The notes beneath the pieces were generated by a model. That model worked only from the letters and a program-made list of their open reading frames with translations, was not told the origin of the DNA and ran no database searches. The position numbers were made by a program, and so were the translations under genes. Source: Leptonemataceae bacterium (GTDB taxonomy: Bacteria; Spirochaetota; Leptospiria; Leptospirales; Leptonemataceae). Taken from it: a stretch of 64,000 nt of DNA. How positions within the stretch are numbered: the first letter of the stretch is position 1; every line of letters starts with the position of its first letter. Positions 38,292 to 47,743 of the stretch are shown here, one piece after another. The DNA is taken from assembly GCA_965227295.1 (NCBI GenBank), contig OZ245742.1:3136001-3200000 (forward strand), given 5' to 3'.

Positions 38292-39731
38292 ATGGAGCAG
38301 CGCGTAAAGTATACGAAGATCATTGCCACCCTCGGCCCGTCCTCCTCCAACGAAGACAACATCCGCTCCCTGATCCGTGCCGGGGCCGACTGCTTTCGAT
38401 TGAACTTCTCTCACGGTGACGGCGAAAGCATGATGCCGCTCATCGAAACCGTGCGCCGGGTGTCCCGCCAGGAAGGTGCAACCATTGCGCTACTCGCCGA
38501 TATCCAGGGACCGAAGCTGCGCATCGGCCGGCTCGCGGAAGAAGGCGTCCTTTTGGTTGAAGGCAACGACTTTGTGATCACCACCAGGGACATCGATACG
38601 GGGGACGAAAGCATCGTACACTCCTCGTATCAAAAGTTGCCGGCGGACGTGCGGCCCGGGGCGCGACTGTTGCTCGCGGACGGCACCATCGAACTCCAGG
38701 TGCTGCGCATCGAAAAGGAAACGGACATTGTAACGAAGGTCGTTCGCGGCGGGCAGTTGTTTTCGAACAAAGGGCTGAATCTTCCCGGCACTAACTTAAG
38801 CATAGAAACACTTACGGAAAAAGATCAGCGGGATCTTCGGTTCATCGCCACGCATACGGATATCGACATGGTCGCCGTCTCGTTTGTCCGCCGCGCCGAG
38901 GACCTGCACCGGGCCCGGGAGTTGCTCGGCGATGCGCGCATTCCCGTCATGGCGAAGCTGGAACGCCCGGAGGCGCTCGAAAACATTCAGGGTATATTAA
39001 AGGCCTCGGACGGCATCATGATCGCGCGCGGGGACCTGGGCGTGGAGGTGGAGTTCGAGCGCGTACCGTTCATTCAAAAAGAAATCTTACGCGAGGCGAC
39101 CATGCGCGGCAAGTGGGCCGTCGTTGCCACGGAGATGCTGCGTTCCATGGTGCGCGCCAATCGCCCCAGCCGCGCCGAGGTCACCGATGTGGCCAACGCC
39201 GTCCTGGACGGCGCCGATGCGGTCATGCTCTCGGAGGAAACGGCCGTGGGCAGCCATCCGTCCGTGGTCGTCGAAGCGATGCTGCGCATTACCGCCGAGG
39301 CGGCGCGGGCCCAGCGCATCGAGCGGCCCAGTTTCGAAGAGGACATGATTTCGTTTTCCGCGGGGGCCGCCGGCGCCGCCGTGAGCGCGGCCGAGCGCCT
39401 GAAGGCCTGCGCCATCGTGGCTCTGGCCGGCTCGAACCTGACGGCCTTGCTGTTATCGAAGTGGCGTTCCAATGTACCGATTATCGCCTTAAGTTCCGGC
39501 GAACCGACCTTACGCCGGCTGAACGTCCTGCGCGGGGTCATCCCGCTGTCCATCCACGATAAGGCCGGCATGGACCGGCAGATCGAAGCGGCCGATGCGT
39601 ATCTTACGCAGCGAGCGGGCGCGAGTCCGGGAGATACCATTGTAGTCGTCGGCGCAATCCCCCTGGGCGAGGGGCGGGAGACGAACTCCATTCGCTTTCA
39701 CAAGATTCGGCCGCCGGAGAATGCCTGGTGA
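38292..39731 (+). CDS. pyk: Pyruvate kinase
   Basis: TKIIATLGP, RLNFSHG, DIQGPKLR, GIMIARGDLGVE, DGADAVMLSEETA. Confidence 0.97.
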   Translation: MEQRVKYTKIIATLGPSSSNEDNIRSLIRAGADCFRLNFSHGDGESMMPLIETVRRVSRQEGATIALLADIQGPKLRIGRLAEEGVLLVEGNDFVITTRDIDTGDESIVHSSYQKLPADVRPGARLLLADGTIELQVLRIEKETDIVTKVVRGGQLFSNKGLNLPGTNLSIETLTEKDQRDLRFIATHTDIDMVAVSFVRRAEDLHRARELLGDARIPVMAKLERPEALENIQGILKASDGIMIARGDLGVEVEFERVPFIQKEILREATMRGKWAVVATEMLRSMVRANRPSRAEVTDVANAVLDGADAVMLSEETAVGSHPSVVVEAMLRITAEAARAQRIERPSFEEDMISFSAGAAGAAVSAAERLKACAIVALAGSNLTALLLSKWRSNVPIIALSSGEPTLRRLNVLRGVIPLSIHDKAGMDRQIEAADAYLTQRAGASPGDTIVVVGAIPLGEGRETNSIRFHKIRPPENAW

Positions 39732-39834
39732 AGTGTCCCGCCGGTTCCGATATTGCAAGGAAGCGATCAAAATCAGCTTGAATGGGAGGCATTACAAGGT
39801 ATGCTTCAGATTAAATTAGTCTGGAGGCAGTCGA

Positions 39835-40271
39835 ATGTCGAAAGAATCACAACTGGAATTTGCGTATCGCTCCTTTGATGATGGAGTGACCGCGGTGCAC
39901 TCGATAGATTCCAAAGTCAGAGTGTTTCTGACAATCCTGTTCGTCGGAGCAACGATTTCGGGGACATTGCTCCGAGCCGTCTATGATTTTGAGCCTCTGA
40001 TTGGTCCGATCCTTTGCGGAGCAAAAAGATCAAACAACTGAGCGAGGATCAGATCATTGAGATTTTGAGCTATGAACGACTAAAATTTCAATTGACCTGG
40101 ACACGAAAGCACGATAAATTTAAGGCCGGGTGTATATGCGGCATCGTTTTCCTTGTATTCTTTACGGTCGCCGCATCCATGGAATGGTATTTGGGGTATT
40201 ATGATCAGGTCCCTGAAATCGCTGAATGCCGCGCTCAAGTCGCTGAAGACACGTGCCTCTCATCCCGATGA
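39835..40271 (+). pseudogene. Frameshifted small membrane protein resembling a Pycsar-type TM effector (DUF5706-like)
   Basis: Two overlapping ORFs (39835-40041, 40014-40271) in adjacent frames: IDSKVRVFLTIL+TM, then KIKQLSEDQIIEIL...KHDKFK+TM. AT-rich relative to flanks. Confidence 0.35.
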
Positions 40272-40776
40272 CGAGTATATTCATGCGGCCTGTGTCGATG
40301 CCATTGCCACGGCGGAGGAAGGTAACTTCGGTGTCGGAGCACTCCTGGTTGACGATAAAGGGTGCATTGTCTCCCGCGGACGCAACCGGGTGTTTCGACC
40401 GCACTTTCGGAGTGATTTGCATGCGGAAATGGATGCCATGAATCAATATGAGGACGCTCAAGCGAGCCGGCCGCGCTCAAGACTTGAGCAGTTCGTCATG
40501 TATACAACTCTGGAGCCGTGCCCGATGTGCACGGCGCGTTTGATCACGGCCGGAGTCGGGACTGTTAAGTTCGGGGCGCCGGACAAACTCGGAGGAATGG
40601 CTTCTCGAATCGGCCAGCTCCCGCCTGTTTGGACGGATCTGGCCTCGGGCATCACGTTTACGCGAGCGGATTGTTCTCCTGAGCTTTCAGAGCTTTGCTT
40701 TGCAATTTTCGCCGCCCGACGCAAAGTTCTCGACGGTCAAATTGGAGCGCCGGTCGCCGCACGTTCGAGTATGTGA
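40201..40776 (+). CDS. Nucleoside/cytidine deaminase family protein
   Basis: GVGALLVD, HAEMDA, YTTLEPCPMC zinc motif. Confidence 0.9.
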   Translation: MIRSLKSLNAALKSLKTRASHPDDEYIHAACVDAIATAEEGNFGVGALLVDDKGCIVSRGRNRVFRPHFRSDLHAEMDAMNQYEDAQASRPRSRLEQFVMYTTLEPCPMCTARLITAGVGTVKFGAPDKLGGMASRIGQLPPVWTDLASGITFTRADCSPELSELCFAIFAARRKVLDGQIGAPVAARSSM

Positions 40777-40795
40777 CTGCCTCCTGTCATAAATT

Positions 40796-41515
40796 ATGAG
40801 AAAATCCGCCGTCCTCATCGGGGCCAGCGGCCTCGTGGGCCGGCACCTGTTGCATCATCTTATTGCCGACGAAACCTACGATCGCCTGCTAACCATCGGT
40901 CGTCGTACGTTAAGCGAATACGCGGACGAACGCAAACTCACGCAGCAGCAAATGGAACTCGACGCCTTCACCCTGGCTGTGGACGGCGGTGCGCCGTTGC
41001 CGTTTCTCGAAGAGCTGCGCGGGGACAGCATCGACGTATTTTGCACGCTGGGAACCACGATGAAGGCGGCCGGTTCGAAGCGGGCCTTCGAACTGGTGGA
41101 TCTGCACGCCCCGGTGGCGGCGGCCCAGGCTGGCGCGCGCTACGGAGCCCGGCAGTTCCTGATCGTCACTGCCGTGGGGGCGGACGCCGGTTCGGGGATC
41201 TACTACAACAAAATCAAGGGCCGCGTGGAAGACAGTCTGCGTACGGTATGTGCGGCCGGGAAATACATCGCCGTGCACATCTTCCGTCCGTCGCTGTTGC
41301 TGGGAGAACGCTCCGGGCAGGGACTGCGCATCGGTGAAGAAGCCGGTAAGATCGCCGGCGCGATGCTCGGGCCGTTCCTGAGCTTCGGCGGACTGCGTCG
41401 TTACAAACCGATCCAGGGCCGCACCGTGGCTCGCGCGATGTTGCGTTGCGCGCACGCCGCGGATAGCGGCATGCACGTCTACGAAAACGAAACCATCGCG
41501 AAGCTCGGCGAGTAA
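40796..41515 (+). CDS. NAD(P)-binding oxidoreductase (YraR/TIP30-like)
   Basis: GASGLVG, FCTLGTTMKAAGS, YNKIKG, FRPSLLLGER. Confidence 0.9.
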   Translation: MRKSAVLIGASGLVGRHLLHHLIADETYDRLLTIGRRTLSEYADERKLTQQQMELDAFTLAVDGGAPLPFLEELRGDSIDVFCTLGTTMKAAGSKRAFELVDLHAPVAAAQAGARYGARQFLIVTAVGADAGSGIYYNKIKGRVEDSLRTVCAAGKYIAVHIFRPSLLLGERSGQGLRIGEEAGKIAGAMLGPFLSFGGLRRYKPIQGRTVARAMLRCAHAADSGMHVYENETIAKLGE

Positions 41516-41521
41516 GGCCGC

Positions 41522-42493
41522 TTATTTCGCGGCCGCCTCCACTCGTGAAACGATGCGCGCACCGGCGCCCCGCAGATTCGTAATACGATTCAACAAATCG
41601 AACCAGAACGGCGCGCCCATGCTCACCGCGGCCACCGTAAGTGCGAGGCCGATCAACTTAAAGAGCCAGGACAGAATGAAGTTCTGCAGGCATCCGGCGG
41701 CGGCGCCCTCCTGGCCGCAAGTGTACGACGGCGGGGTACGATGCACGTATCCGGCGAGGCCCGCTTGCGGCGCTTCGTTTTCGAAGGGGCCCCAGCCGAG
41801 CAGATTTTGATTCATGACGTCGTAGGCGGCCCGGGCGAACTCCTGTTCGGTGGTTTCGCCGTCCTGGTTTGCAGCCGTACCGGGAACATCGTCGGCGAGG
41901 GCGGAGATGGTCGTCCGCGTGTTGGCGCTGCTGTAGAGTACGTTGAGCATCATGATCGTGTCGGCGTTGGAGACGATCACGAGCAAGCTCGCGATGACCA
42001 GAATGGCCGAGGCCACCAAACGTTTGTACCAACCCGCGGCGCGTTCCATGACGGAGTCGTACCACTCTTCGACGCCGATGGTAAGATTGCCCAGGTCCAT
42101 GCCGCTTTCCTGGACAAGATTCAACAGACCGCGACGAACGGCGGCGAACTCCACGCCGCGGGTATTCAGCACACCCTGCACGCGATTCGCTGTGACGGGA
42201 CCTTTTTGCCCGTCCTTCTCGGCGACGAGAGCGATGAGAGCCCGGGCGAAGTCCTTCGACTTAATGTACGAGGGCTTTCCGTTCTTCGAAAGCGATCGAA
42301 TGACGTCGGTCTTGTAGAGTTCATCGAGGAGACCGTCGCCGCCGAGCATGTTACCGATGGCGGATTTCAAATTCTTCGCGCGCCACGAGAGCAGACGCGA
42401 GATGCCTTCACTCAGCGACGAACTGATCGTGCTGAGTACGAAATAAACGAGTAAGAGGCCGAGTGCCGTTTCCAGAATTGCTGATCCAAACAT
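41522..42493 (-). CDS. Hypothetical membrane protein
   Basis: Three hydrophobic segments, WYKR and GAPFWFDLL motifs. Confidence 0.75.
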   Translation of the reverse strand: MFGSAILETALGLLLVYFVLSTISSSLSEGISRLLSWRAKNLKSAIGNMLGGDGLLDELYKTDVIRSLSKNGKPSYIKSKDFARALIALVAEKDGQKGPVTANRVQGVLNTRGVEFAAVRRGLLNLVQESGMDLGNLTIGVEEWYDSVMERAAGWYKRLVASAILVIASLLVIVSNADTIMMLNVLYSSANTRTTISALADDVPGTAANQDGETTEQEFARAAYDVMNQNLLGWGPFENEAPQAGLAGYVHRTPPSYTCGQEGAAAGCLQNFILSWLFKLIGLALTVAAVSMGAPFWFDLLNRITNLRGAGARIVSRVEAAAK

Positions 42494-42705
42494 GCTTCCA
42501 TGCTGAACCGTTCGGTCGGGCCCTCGCAAGCATCCTTCCCGGGACCGGCCTCAGGCATGACGAAAATTCCCGGGAAATTGCAGTATTTACAGCGCGGTTC
42601 ATGCAAATAATTCAGAGTGCTACGGGACCTCCGACGGCGGGATTTCCGGACGTCCGGTGAGAATATTTTGCAACAGATTTACGGTACCCGCGGTCGAATA
42701 TAAAT

Positions 42706-43671
42706 ATGATGTACTCACTTCCGAAGTTCGACGGCAATCGTAAGAATGGTCGGCCCGGTCGGGCGCTGATCGTCGAGGGCGGCGGCATGCGCGGGGCCTT
42801 CGCCGGCGGTGCCCTCGGCATGATGGGCGAGTTGTATCCGCCGGAGAACTACGACATCGTCATCGGCGTTTCCTCCGGGGCCTGTTCGGCCTCATACTAC
42901 GTCACGGAGAAGAACATCGACACGGCGCGGCGCAACAAGATCTTGCAGGTATGGCGCTACGAACTGGCGGGCAGCAAGCTCATGTCGTACCGCAACCTGC
43001 TCCGCGGTCGTCCGTTTTTGAATCAGGAGTATCTCATCGACGAACTCTTCGGCCGTCGTTATCCGGTAAAACGCGAGATCCTCGACGAAAAATCGACGAC
43101 GCCTTTTTACATCGTCGTGAGCAACATCAAGACGCTGCAACCCGAGTACCATCGCGCGCGCGGCGACAATCTCTTCAACTTACTCAAAGCCGCCACGTCG
43201 CTGCCCATCGCGACGAAGGGCCGCCGGCGCATCGGCGAGACGGAGTATACCGACGGCGGCGTGCTGGACCCGTTGCCGGTCCAGGCGGCCATCGACGCCG
43301 GTTACACGGATCTTACGGTCATCTTAACGAATCCGCGGACGCACGAGCAGGGGCGCATCGGGCCGTTTCTGAGTTTCATGTGTTTTCCCTGGGACGGCCA
43401 GGTGCAGCGCAAGTTGACGAAGGAGATGCACGTATTGCATCAACGTTCGTACAATCTCATCAACAATCCGCCGCCGGGCGTGCGCGTGCGCATCATCGAT
43501 CCGCGACACACCTTGCCGGCGCACATGCTGTCGACGAACGTCTTCTTGTTGCATCACACGGTGGAGATGGGTCTCGCCGCGGCGTTCGAGCTCTTCGGAA
43601 AAGAAAAACGCCGCAAAGGTTTCCTGGCAAGAATCCGCCGCTGGTTCGGCTTTCGGCCGTCTACGGCTTGA
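42706..43671 (+). CDS. Patatin-like phospholipase
   Basis: EGGGMRG, GVSSG nucleophile, DGG. Confidence 0.92.
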   Translation: MMYSLPKFDGNRKNGRPGRALIVEGGGMRGAFAGGALGMMGELYPPENYDIVIGVSSGACSASYYVTEKNIDTARRNKILQVWRYELAGSKLMSYRNLLRGRPFLNQEYLIDELFGRRYPVKREILDEKSTTPFYIVVSNIKTLQPEYHRARGDNLFNLLKAATSLPIATKGRRRIGETEYTDGGVLDPLPVQAAIDAGYTDLTVILTNPRTHEQGRIGPFLSFMCFPWDGQVQRKLTKEMHVLHQRSYNLINNPPPGVRVRIIDPRHTLPAHMLSTNVFLLHHTVEMGLAAAFELFGKEKRRKGFLARIRRWFGFRPSTA

Positions 43672-43684
43672 GAAAGATGGATGA

Positions 43685-43798
43685 GACTCCGAGCACCGAG
43701 GCACCGATGGAAGATTGGGAGAGCATTCGTATCTGAATGCATTCGGGCTATGAACGCTCTCTGATTTTTTTTAACTCGGTACCTCGGTCCTCGGAGTC
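43685..43798. repeat. REPIN/MITE-like long palindromic element, copy A
   Basis: Arms GACTCCGAGCACCGAGGCACCG / CGGTACCTCGGTCCTCGGAGTC, inner palindrome centred on GAATGCATTC. Confidence 0.85.
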
Positions 43799-43810
43799 AA
43801 ATCCCGTCTT

Positions 43811-44857
43811 TCACCGCGCCACGCAGCGCACGCGATAGTTTCCGCCGTCCACCATCTCGCCCTCTCCCAGCCGGAAGTCGTAGATCATGCCGCGGCCGGA
43901 GAAGTTCATCGACGTCCAGTACTGATGCGTGCCCGTCGACCAGAAGAGACTGCGGTCGATGTACGGAGACGTTGCGTTCGCTTGAATCATCGTTTGCAGT
44001 TCGGTCATCTCCGGGAGACGCCAGGATTTCCCGCCGGCCTTGAGTGATGCGCAGTACTGCTGTGCCCGGGCCTGGGTCATGACGGAATCGCGTTCTTCGC
44101 CGCGGCAATTGCAGAGTTCGAACGTTTGCCCCGGCGCGCACTTCTGCCAGGTCAGTCCGCTGCTGTTGTCGACGACGAAACCGTTGCCGCGATCCACGTG
44201 ATTTCCGGAACGCAGCACGTCACACTTACCGCCCGCCTGGTAACGACTGAGGCCGACCAGAATCCAGCTCAAATCGGAGCCGCCGCTCACGTCGATGTAC
44301 ACCCCGCCGCCGGCTTCGGCGATGAGGCGCAGTTGTGCCTGGATCTGCGGGTCCACGGCGAAGCTGATGATGTGCACGACGATGTTCATGCCGGCGTTAC
44401 GCCACTTCGCCGCAACGGCCGCCGGATCGCCCTCGCAGGTTTCGAGGCCGTCGGTGATTACGATGATGCGATTGTCTTCGTTCGGGTTATGAAACTTCGC
44501 GCCGGCCGTATCGATGGCCAGGGCCAGCGGCGTGCTGCCGTCGGGTTCGATGCCCTGCACGGCCGAGGTGAGCCGGGACTTTGCGTTCAGGCCGCGATCC
44601 ACCGGGATGTTCGAAGTCACCCCGCAGGCTCCGTCCGACGGGAACGACAGAAAGGCAATGCCGCGGTCACCGGGAACCCAACTGAAGGTCGACTGCATGG
44701 CCGATCGCGCGACGTCGATCTTACGCACGTCGTTGGGCTGACCGCTGAGTGTCTCGGCCATCGATCCGCTGCGATCATAAACATAAACGGTATCCGCAAA
44801 GAGCGGTGCGCTGAAGAAAACAATAACGGTGAGCAGGGCGGGGAAGAAGGCGTTCAT
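43811..44857 (-). CDS. Secreted VWA + DUF1566 (Lcl C-terminal) domain protein
   Basis: Signal peptide, DRSGS MIDAS, GSTPL, ITDGLETC; then GLTWQKC, WRLPEMTEL, VRCV. Confidence 0.88.
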   Translation of the reverse strand: MNAFFPALLTVIVFFSAPLFADTVYVYDRSGSMAETLSGQPNDVRKIDVARSAMQSTFSWVPGDRGIAFLSFPSDGACGVTSNIPVDRGLNAKSRLTSAVQGIEPDGSTPLALAIDTAGAKFHNPNEDNRIIVITDGLETCEGDPAAVAAKWRNAGMNIVVHIISFAVDPQIQAQLRLIAEAGGGVYIDVSGGSDLSWILVGLSRYQAGGKCDVLRSGNHVDRGNGFVVDNSSGLTWQKCAPGQTFELCNCRGEERDSVMTQARAQQYCASLKAGGKSWRLPEMTELQTMIQANATSPYIDRSLFWSTGTHQYWTSMNFSGRGMIYDFRLGEGEMVDGGNYRVRCVAR

Positions 44858-44916
44858 GCGTTCTTCTTCGGTTTTGAGAGGGAAAACTTAAGGTGGGTGG
44901 TGAGAAAGATGGATGA

Positions 44917-45029
44917 GACTCCGAGGACCGAGGTACCGGGTTTAAGAAAACGGAGAGTATTCACAGGCTGAATGCATTCGGATACGAATGCTCTCGTAAT
45001 CTTCCCTAGGCGCCTCGGTCCTCGGAGTC
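44917..45029. repeat. REPIN/MITE-like long palindromic element, copy B
   Basis: Same arms as copy A. The interior matches the reverse complement of the copy A interior. Confidence 0.85.
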
Positions 45030-45039
45030 AAAAAATCTC

Positions 45040-46092
45040 TTAAGCCTCGGCCTTTGACTTGCGCATGCGTCCGATCAGAATGACCGCCGCGATGGCCAGG
45101 ACCACCAGGATCAGAATCACCCACCAGTACCGTAAGAACGTGTACGTGATCGCCATAATGACGAAGGCGAAGATGAAAAAGATCACCCGGATGAGGCCGG
45201 CGCCGAAGCCGCCGATGATCGGGATGTACTCGATGAGACTCAAGAGCGGGCCGACGATCATCGCCATGCCGCCGCCCAGGCAGGCCACGCTGATGATGAA
45301 CAGGATCAGCGTCATCATGAAGTCCGACGACGAGATGCTCTCCATGGTCTGGCTCAGATTGCCGGCACCGAAGGCGAGATACTTGTTGTCCCGTGCCGAC
45401 GTATACTGGGCGAACGTGTTGCCGCTGCTTTTGCCGATTATGGTGTACTCCGCTCCCGGATCGTAGCTGTAGCCGGAATAGGAGATGCGCTCGCAACCGA
45501 CGTACGGGCTGCCGGCGCAGTTTTGATTCATGTAGAAGTAACCGCCGTTCTCGACAAGGCCGGTAACTTTGCTTCCGTCGATGTTAGCAGAGGGCAGGCC
45601 GTAGGTACTCGCCTGGGGATAGTTGAACGTGTAAGTCTTACCGTCGGCCGTGAGGCGGACCGTGCTTACCTTGGGGTTCGTTGTAGGCGTGCGGATGTTC
45701 GGATTGCTTTTACCGCGGCAGCCTTCGCCGAGGGAACGATCCGGGGAAGACGTCCAGTGGGTCTCACAACGCGCCGGTTCGTTTTTCTCTTTGTCGCCCT
45801 TGATTTCTTTGTAGGCGTAAATCTGCACGCTACGGCTCAACTGCAGGTAGTTGCCCGCCCGCACGTAGGGTGGATCGCCCAGCGGCGCTGCCTGGATTTT
45901 CCCCGTGGCGTACTCCGGCTGCGTGGCGGACGCGCTGCCCACAGCCTGAGCGTCGCGCAGTGCTTCCGTGGTGCGTTCGCGGCAGGACGAGTATCCTACC
46001 ACGAAGAACGAAACGGGAATCAGCAGAAATCCGATCAGCATGCCGCCGATGGAGTTCATGATCTTGCCCATGAAGGACGTTTCTTCGGCCAT
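45040..46092 (-). CDS. TMEM43 (DUF1625)-like membrane protein
   Basis: SFMGKIMNSIGGMLIGFLLIPVSF N-terminal TM, LSRSVQIYAYKE, GCERISYS, C-terminal TMs with IPIIG. Confidence 0.65.
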   Translation of the reverse strand: MAEETSFMGKIMNSIGGMLIGFLLIPVSFFVVGYSSCRERTTEALRDAQAVGSASATQPEYATGKIQAAPLGDPPYVRAGNYLQLSRSVQIYAYKEIKGDKEKNEPARCETHWTSSPDRSLGEGCRGKSNPNIRTPTTNPKVSTVRLTADGKTYTFNYPQASTYGLPSANIDGSKVTGLVENGGYFYMNQNCAGSPYVGCERISYSGYSYDPGAEYTIIGKSSGNTFAQYTSARDNKYLAFGAGNLSQTMESISSSDFMMTLILFIISVACLGGGMAMIVGPLLSLIEYIPIIGGFGAGLIRVIFFIFAFVIMAITYTFLRYWWVILILVVLAIAAVILIGRMRKSKAEA

Positions 46093-46257
46093 ATCGTAGA
46101 TGCTCCTTTAAAATCGATAAAGTCTTTTATATGAGCCGGGATTGTCCGTGCTTCCGTGGGCGCGGCAAGGGAAAAAACGTCTCGCGGGGGAATTTCGCGA
46201 AAAAAGCGCACCACGTTTCCGTGCCCGGACGTTTGTGCGGCCGTCGATTGACGCCGC

Positions 46258-47595
46258 TTATTGCGGCCGGTAGAACGCGAGGTCCTCGCCGACATCGTAG
46301 GGTTCGGCGATGGGCTGCGTGAAATTCACGGCGCTTTGCATGAGGGCTTCCATCTCACCGCGCAGACGTGCATTGACTTCGGCAACGGCACCGCGACGGT
46401 CCTGCTTGTAAGCCGTGTAGTAGTCGCCCAGATCGAAGGGTTGCGCGAAGATCACCCGGCCGCGGCGCGGGCGCAGCTTCTGTTCGCCGAAGGTTAGGTT
46501 TTCGTACAGGTTCAGCCACTCGTAGAAGCGCTCGGCCGTGGGATGCTGAATGAGATGGCGCGGCTTCTTAATTAAGAAGAGATACGCCCGATCCACGTGT
46601 TTTTTCGCGGCGGCGACGCTCTCCGGATCGACGTGGTACTTCGTGGGACCGGTGTAGCCCCACTCGGCGGTTTCGATGGCGGTGAACAATTCCCGGATGC
46701 GCGTGATGGCGTCCGTCTTCGAATCCAGTTCAATGCCCATGATGCGGGCGCCTTCTTCCAGGGCCGCGTGCCGCACTCGACCCATGCGGTACTCGTAGTC
46801 CGTTTTCGAGGCGATGGAGATTTTGTACATGAGCTCGCCCTGTTCCAGCAGGACCCGACCCACCGTGAGAAACCGTCGCAGCAATCCCTTCGGGCGACTT
46901 TCGACAAAGGCCGAGCGCTCATCCGGGCCGAAGCGTTGGGCCAGTTCGTCTTCGATGCGGCGAATCCCCCGCTCAATGTCCCGCCGATGGCGATCGGCGC
47001 TGCCGCTCATCACGTACTTCACGAAGGCCGGCAGCACCGGCAGCGTGGCGTTTGCGTCACGCTTGCGGGCGTCTTCCAGGCCCCAGAAGCCGATCTGCAC
47101 GGCACCGGGCTGAAAGGGAATGAGGTCATCGTTCACGCCGGTCATCATGCCCTCGGGGTAGATGACGAGTTTGCCGTCGGAGCGCCCCAGGACCTGGCGA
47201 GCGGCCTTGATGGCCTCACGATCCGCGGCGCCGGCCAGGACCGAAAAGGCGCCTACACGTTTGATCAGTTCACCAAGCACGCCGCCGTACCAGTTGAAGA
47301 TTGTGCGGGAGGCCATGTACCGGAAGCGCGCGCCCATCACATTGGCGACGTAGTAAGCGATGGGCGGTTCGATGAACGTCGGATGATTGCTCATGTAGAG
47401 CAGGCGGCCGTGACGGAGTGAGCGCAGCAGCTTGCGATCGTCGGGGTCGACGTCCACGCCCTCAAGGTTCAGCGCGGTTTTGGCGAGGATGGGAAAGGCG
47501 GCGTCGAGGCCCCACGCCACGGGAGCGTTGAAGTCGGCCGGCACGAAGATCGGCGGATTTTTGCGAAATGGAATTGGAAAAGGAAGATCCACCAT
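46258..47595 (-). CDS. PlsC-like 1-acyl-glycerol-3-phosphate acyltransferase
   Basis: SNHPTFIEP, RVGAFSV, IYPEG, LPAFVKY. Confidence 0.85.
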   Translation of the reverse strand: MVDLPFPIPFRKNPPIFVPADFNAPVAWGLDAAFPILAKTALNLEGVDVDPDDRKLLRSLRHGRLLYMSNHPTFIEPPIAYYVANVMGARFRYMASRTIFNWYGGVLGELIKRVGAFSVLAGAADREAIKAARQVLGRSDGKLVIYPEGMMTGVNDDLIPFQPGAVQIGFWGLEDARKRDANATLPVLPAFVKYVMSGSADRHRRDIERGIRRIEDELAQRFGPDERSAFVESRPKGLLRRFLTVGRVLLEQGELMYKISIASKTDYEYRMGRVRHAALEEGARIMGIELDSKTDAITRIRELFTAIETAEWGYTGPTKYHVDPESVAAAKKHVDRAYLFLIKKPRHLIQHPTAERFYEWLNLYENLTFGEQKLRPRRGRVIFAQPFDLGDYYTAYKQDRRGAVAEVNARLRGEMEALMQSAVNFTQPIAEPYDVGEDLAFYRPQ

Positions 47596-47743
47596 TTGAA
47601 TGAAGCCCTGCGAGTCGTCCCATCAGATGTCGGCGGGACGGTGGAGCGAAACCGTAAAAGACATCGAGTTACTGTCAAGACGCTTCGAAGGAATTCGATT
47701 AATACTTGCTGCGACGGGCCCGGCCGACGTACTTACGGATCAT

